NCBI RefSeq assembly: GCF_009914755.1
Contig: NC_060930.1
From: the human T2T-CHM13v2.0 reference genome, Homo sapiens
Length of the DNA: 64,000 bases
Reading direction: 5' to 3' (one strand)
How positions within the stretch are numbered: the first letter of the stretch is position 1; every line of letters begins with the position of its first letter. This document shows positions 60,801 through 64,000 of the stretch, in pieces. The translations under genes and the position numbers were made by a program. The notes below the pieces were generated by a model. The model was not told where the DNA came from, ran no database searches, and saw only the letters and a program-made list of their open reading frames with translations.

Positions 60801-63768
60801 CTTAGCAACCTACTCTCAAGTCTCAAGTACACATCTAACAAACAGTCTGTTTACTTACAAAAATGTCTGAGTCTGTATTTCCTTCTCTGAAAAATAGGAT
60901 TTGAAATAGACAATCTTGCAGTCCTCCAGCTGAAGTTCTTGGTTGTTATAAGATATTCACTCGTTGCAAACTTGTCTGTTTTGATTTTTGAAAGGCAGAC
61001 TAAGATTCTTCTTTAGAAGGACACATTATATTCTGATTATTCTCTATGAATATAATGAATTTGAAGACCTCCAGGCAATTTATCATATTAGCATATATGG
61101 ACCTGTCTTGTTTACTTATATCTTACTCAATATTTTCACATTGGACCATAAGTCATTCACTGTAACTTGCTACTTTCTGATTCTGATTTTTCCTGCAGCT
61201 TAAGAGGAAATTTAAATATATATATTTATTCTTACCTTGGATTTATAGTGATGCTAAATGGAGGTAGTTTGAGAGGGGTGAATTTAAGAATGTGGCTAAA
61301 GAGTATAGTGGGAGGTTTATTTCTGACACTAGAGGTATTATGGGAGGGGCTACCTATGATTATAAAAGAAATAAAATATACAAAGCCCAAGAGATAGTTA
61401 TCACATTGAAGAATTTCTGCTTTACCAGCAAACTACTTTCTATAACTGTCTCCAAGTCATAAAGCTTTGTTTATGTGTAATATCTGAAAAACAAACTCTA
61501 TATCATGAAGCGGTTTAACATGCTGTTTGGTCTTTGTGAAGCAAATTTGGAGTTTAGCTACAAAATTATTGGAGGATACTGTAATTTATAGTAACAAAAG
61601 CATTTTATCCTGTGATTTCAGGAAACCAAGAAATTATTTTGCATACCACACTGCCACCCTGAATACAAAATTTAAAAGTTAGCTGTATGTTTATGAAATA
61701 TAATACATATGACAAAGCATATCCTTCCTTATTCATCTCTGAAATCTATTAAAGTACATAGAATAAATGTAGAAAAGTAACAGCAAGTTGGAAATATAAT
61801 TTAGGTTTGCAGACAATAAGTAAATATTTGAATAATTTTGATAAAACAGGCCACGATTTTATAGGTGCTTCTGTCAAGTTACTAAATCAAAATATTATGG
61901 AATTCTTTCAGTTATTAAAATTGCATTCGAATTTTTTAGATGAAAAAAAGCAAGGTGACAGGCTATACATCAGTTAAATTGTGAGCATTCTTTTCTAATT
62001 TTCCCCATAAACCAGAAATATTAAGTGTCATGCTAACATCTGTGGCCTGAACATAAAGTTGACAAAAATCAAACCTAATGGCTTTTCCCACTGTAAAATA
62101 ATGTCTAGTTTCAATCTGCAGTTTTTTTTTAAGTCTCAAGTGTCAAAGTAATGTCTCATGTTTGTAACCACTTTGTGTTTTCACATCAAATATAGTTTCA
62201 CTAGAATCTAAGTTCTTTTTAAAAAGAATTGGTTTATGATGACATTTTGTTCTCATATGGTCTCAAATATTCTTTTTGTCAAATAATCAGAATGATGAGG
62301 GTACTAGTAATCATCTAATATAACATTTTAGTTTTTGACATGTAGAGAGAGAGAGCCCTTTTTATTCCATAGGATCTAATTCAGTAGAAAATGAAAACAA
62401 ATTCTCCAAAAGTGGGTTCAAAGATGTAGGTGGCTGTTGTATATATTCAGGGAAGCTTCCTGATAGTAGTGGGATACAACGTGTGCGGTTTATCACATAC
62501 ATGTACATGTATATAACAAGATTCTTACTAGACTTTTTGGTTAGACTTCCCTACATTGAAGGGGATTGTATTCACAAGGTCACAGTTTCTCTTCTCTGCA
62601 TATAGTCAAAGCTGCACTCTGAGACATCTCTGATTTCTGATCCCAAGAATAGCTTGTCCTTTGCTTTTTACTTTCCAATAGGGAATGGATGTCCTTTGAC
62701 TCAGCTAATCGCAGTGGCCCTATTTCTTCCAACTGTCCTGTTTGTGGTTACATCATCTCAAATTGCTGTGAGATTCAACTCTCCAGTCTCTGTCACATAT
62801 ATATAATACAGCTCAGCTGAGTGGCAGCAAGCTTTGTTTCGGAACTGGCAACATTCCAGGAGTCTGGTTGTGTGCCTCGGGTAAATTTTTGTCTTGCTAT
62901 TTGTTGTTGGTGTGGTTTCTAGGTGACCCTAATGAAAATGTCCAGGAAATTACATGCGATATTCCTGACAGTTCCAAGTCTAACAGCTGCTTATTAGGAT
63001 AGACATCTGACTTTATCTGGTGCCTAATGATTTTGTTGTGGTTTAGTATTCCACCGACTGGATTGCTTAGGTGCTATTCGTAACAGACACACAACTTAGT
63101 CTCTGCCTTCTGGGAGCTGATGATCCCTAATTCACAGAGCTTAAGAGGGCACAAGGCCATCCACAGCATGTCTAGAAAGCCAGAGAACTTTTCCTTAGCA
63201 CTCTCAGCTTTTGAATTAATTTCTCTTTTTTCTTCTTGGTGGCCCACACTCTAATCTCACTTTTTATTCATATCCAAAAGAATAATTTACCTCAAACAAC
63301 ATAAAGAACTACCTCTACTGAAGTCATGTGAATTTTAACACTGAATTAATCTAAAAAATAGGAATGTTATAATATTTGAGTTTAAAATGTTAGTGACAGA
63401 GGAATAATTTTGCACAATAGAGTCTTCTCTTCATTACTTACTATTGGCCCATGTGACCATGAATCTAAATATGATCCTTAATACACAGATTCACATTATG
63501 TTAATGTGTGTATGTCCTTCTCAGTAACCCCTGACAGAACAAGTCATTTCATCAAGAGTCGGGGAGGTTATCAGCTGATCGGTCTGTGAATTAGTAATCA
63601 TGCTCAGCTGAATGATTAGACTGTTATAAAAAGAAGTTATCACAGTACCTGACTTTGGGTCAAGGCATGCATTTGATTATTGGTATATTTTGGGTGTACA
63701 TGGCATATAGAATTCAGGAAAGAATATATGGGATTTTAAATTTATTTTAATATGTAAAATACCGTATT

Positions 63769-64000
63769 GTATTAGTTATCTACTGCTATATACAAATTAC
63801 CCCTAAACTTAGTGAATTAAAATAACAAACATTTATTAAATCACAATTTCTGTGAGTCAGGGATTGGAGAGAAGTTAGCTGAGGTTCTGGTGTAGAGTTT
63901 CTCAGGCGTCTGCAGTCCAGTTGTTGGCTGAGGCTATAGTTATCTGAAGGCTTGACAGGGGCTATCAGACCCAGTTCTAAGATGTTTCACTCACATGGTT
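63769..64000 (-). mobile_element. MLT1 (F-H-like) LTR running off the window end
   Basis: tgtattagttatctactgct ... aaacttagtg ... acatttatta ... tctgtgagtcagg. Confidence 0.7.

Noticed and set aside
62380-63135. Possible ancient LTR, including a 16-bp palindrome atacatgtacatgtat
   Set aside because: I could not assign a family or termini with confidence; the palindrome is low-complexity.

Overview
Hominid (human or great-ape) nuclear DNA, AT-rich and dominated by nested retroelements. No recognisable cellular protein-coding gene, tRNA or CRISPR array is present. Nearly all ORFs in the track are L1, Alu, SVA or microsatellite read-throughs. The main elements are a near-full-length L1PA (2551-8332, minus, TSD intact, 5'UTR partly deleted), a full-length L1MA2-like element, three 5'-inverted (twin-primed) L1PA insertions with exact TSDs, a tail-less internal L1PA fragment, seven Alus, a full-length older-type SVA, a two-LTR MaLR provirus, and older LTR and DNA-transposon remnants. 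I found no new multi-gene system. The most notable sequence-level events are: (1) an SVA with a disrupted poly(A) signal carrying two stacked 3' transductions inside one TSD; (2) a ~60-bp mitochondrial 16S rRNA NUMT inside an old L1, differing from mtDNA only by CpG decay; (3) a probable gene-conversion tract between two inverted L1 copies; (4) an inverted, end-less third copy of a MaLR LTR sharing the same internal deletion; (5) two independent twin-primed L1s whose inverted segments begin within 2 nt of the same L1 position. Subfamily calls and consensus comparisons come from memory of consensus sequences, not from a database search.
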